A stretch of DNA of 64,000 bases from Hypanus sabinus (taxonomy: Eukaryota). The notes beneath the pieces were generated by a model, which worked only from the letters and a program-made list of their open reading frames with translations, was not told the DNA's origin and searched no databases. The first letter of the stretch is position 1. Each line of letters begins with the position of its first letter. Below, in pieces: positions 63,660 through 64,000 of this stretch. A program made the translations under genes and the position numbers. The stretch is from NCBI RefSeq assembly GCF_030144855.1, contig NC_082736.1:11098001-11162000 (forward strand), in the 5' to 3' direction.

Positions 63660-64000
63660 TTGACTACCGCTCTTCCCACCCTGTCTTCTGTACAAATGTC
63701 ATCCTTTTATTCGTCGCCACCACATCTGTTCCCAGGATGAGGCTTTCCTTGCCAGAATAACAGCAATGACTTCCTTCTGCAAAGAACAAGGTTTCCCTTC
63801 CTCTCTCATTGCTGCTGCTTTCACCCTCAGCTATCCCCCCATTTTCCAGACATTTGCCCTTGCCCCATCTTCTCATTGCCATAACAGGTTTACAGTTCCC
63901 CTTGCCCTTACGTACCACCTCACGAGTGTTCGTATTCAGCACAACATTCTACATGAAGTCCACCATCTTCAAAGGGATTCCAGCACTAAACATATCCTTC
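63660..64000 (+). mobile_element. Penelope-like RT C-terminal fragment (runs off the window)
   Basis: SSHPVFC, ICSQDEAF and PLALTYHLTS-like remnants homologous to 29915-30200. Confidence 0.7.

Overview
Vertebrate nuclear DNA, very probably from a cartilaginous fish (ray/shark). This is inferred from the CR1, Penelope, Rex1 and I-group repeat complement and the two-exon GPR139-like receptors. Most of the window is decayed transposon sequence: CR1, Rex1/Babar, L1-like and I/Nimb-like LINEs, Penelope-like elements whose pseudo-LTRs carry hammerhead-ribozyme motifs, a Tc1 element, a Gypsy element and a solo LTR. Embedded in it is a decaying multigene neighbourhood. Histones: one intact replication-dependent H2A, two damaged H2B copies, an orphan H2A-type promoter and an H3 remnant. 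tRNAs: intact tRNA-iMet and tRNA-Asn, plus three damaged tRNAs (Asp x2, Gly). Others: a C2H2 zinc-finger remnant and two divergently oriented GPR139-like GPCR pseudogenes. The most notable points are: (i) about 10 copies of a minimal, dimer-dependent hammerhead ribozyme motif, including short fold-back elements made of two inverted copies; (ii) a duplicated H2B-H2A cassette with reciprocal gene loss; (iii) an H2B whose U7-processed mRNA would lack a stop codon; (iv) the same LINE family fused to histone gene parts at two separate sites. Repeat boundaries were read by eye and are approximate, and no database searches were run.
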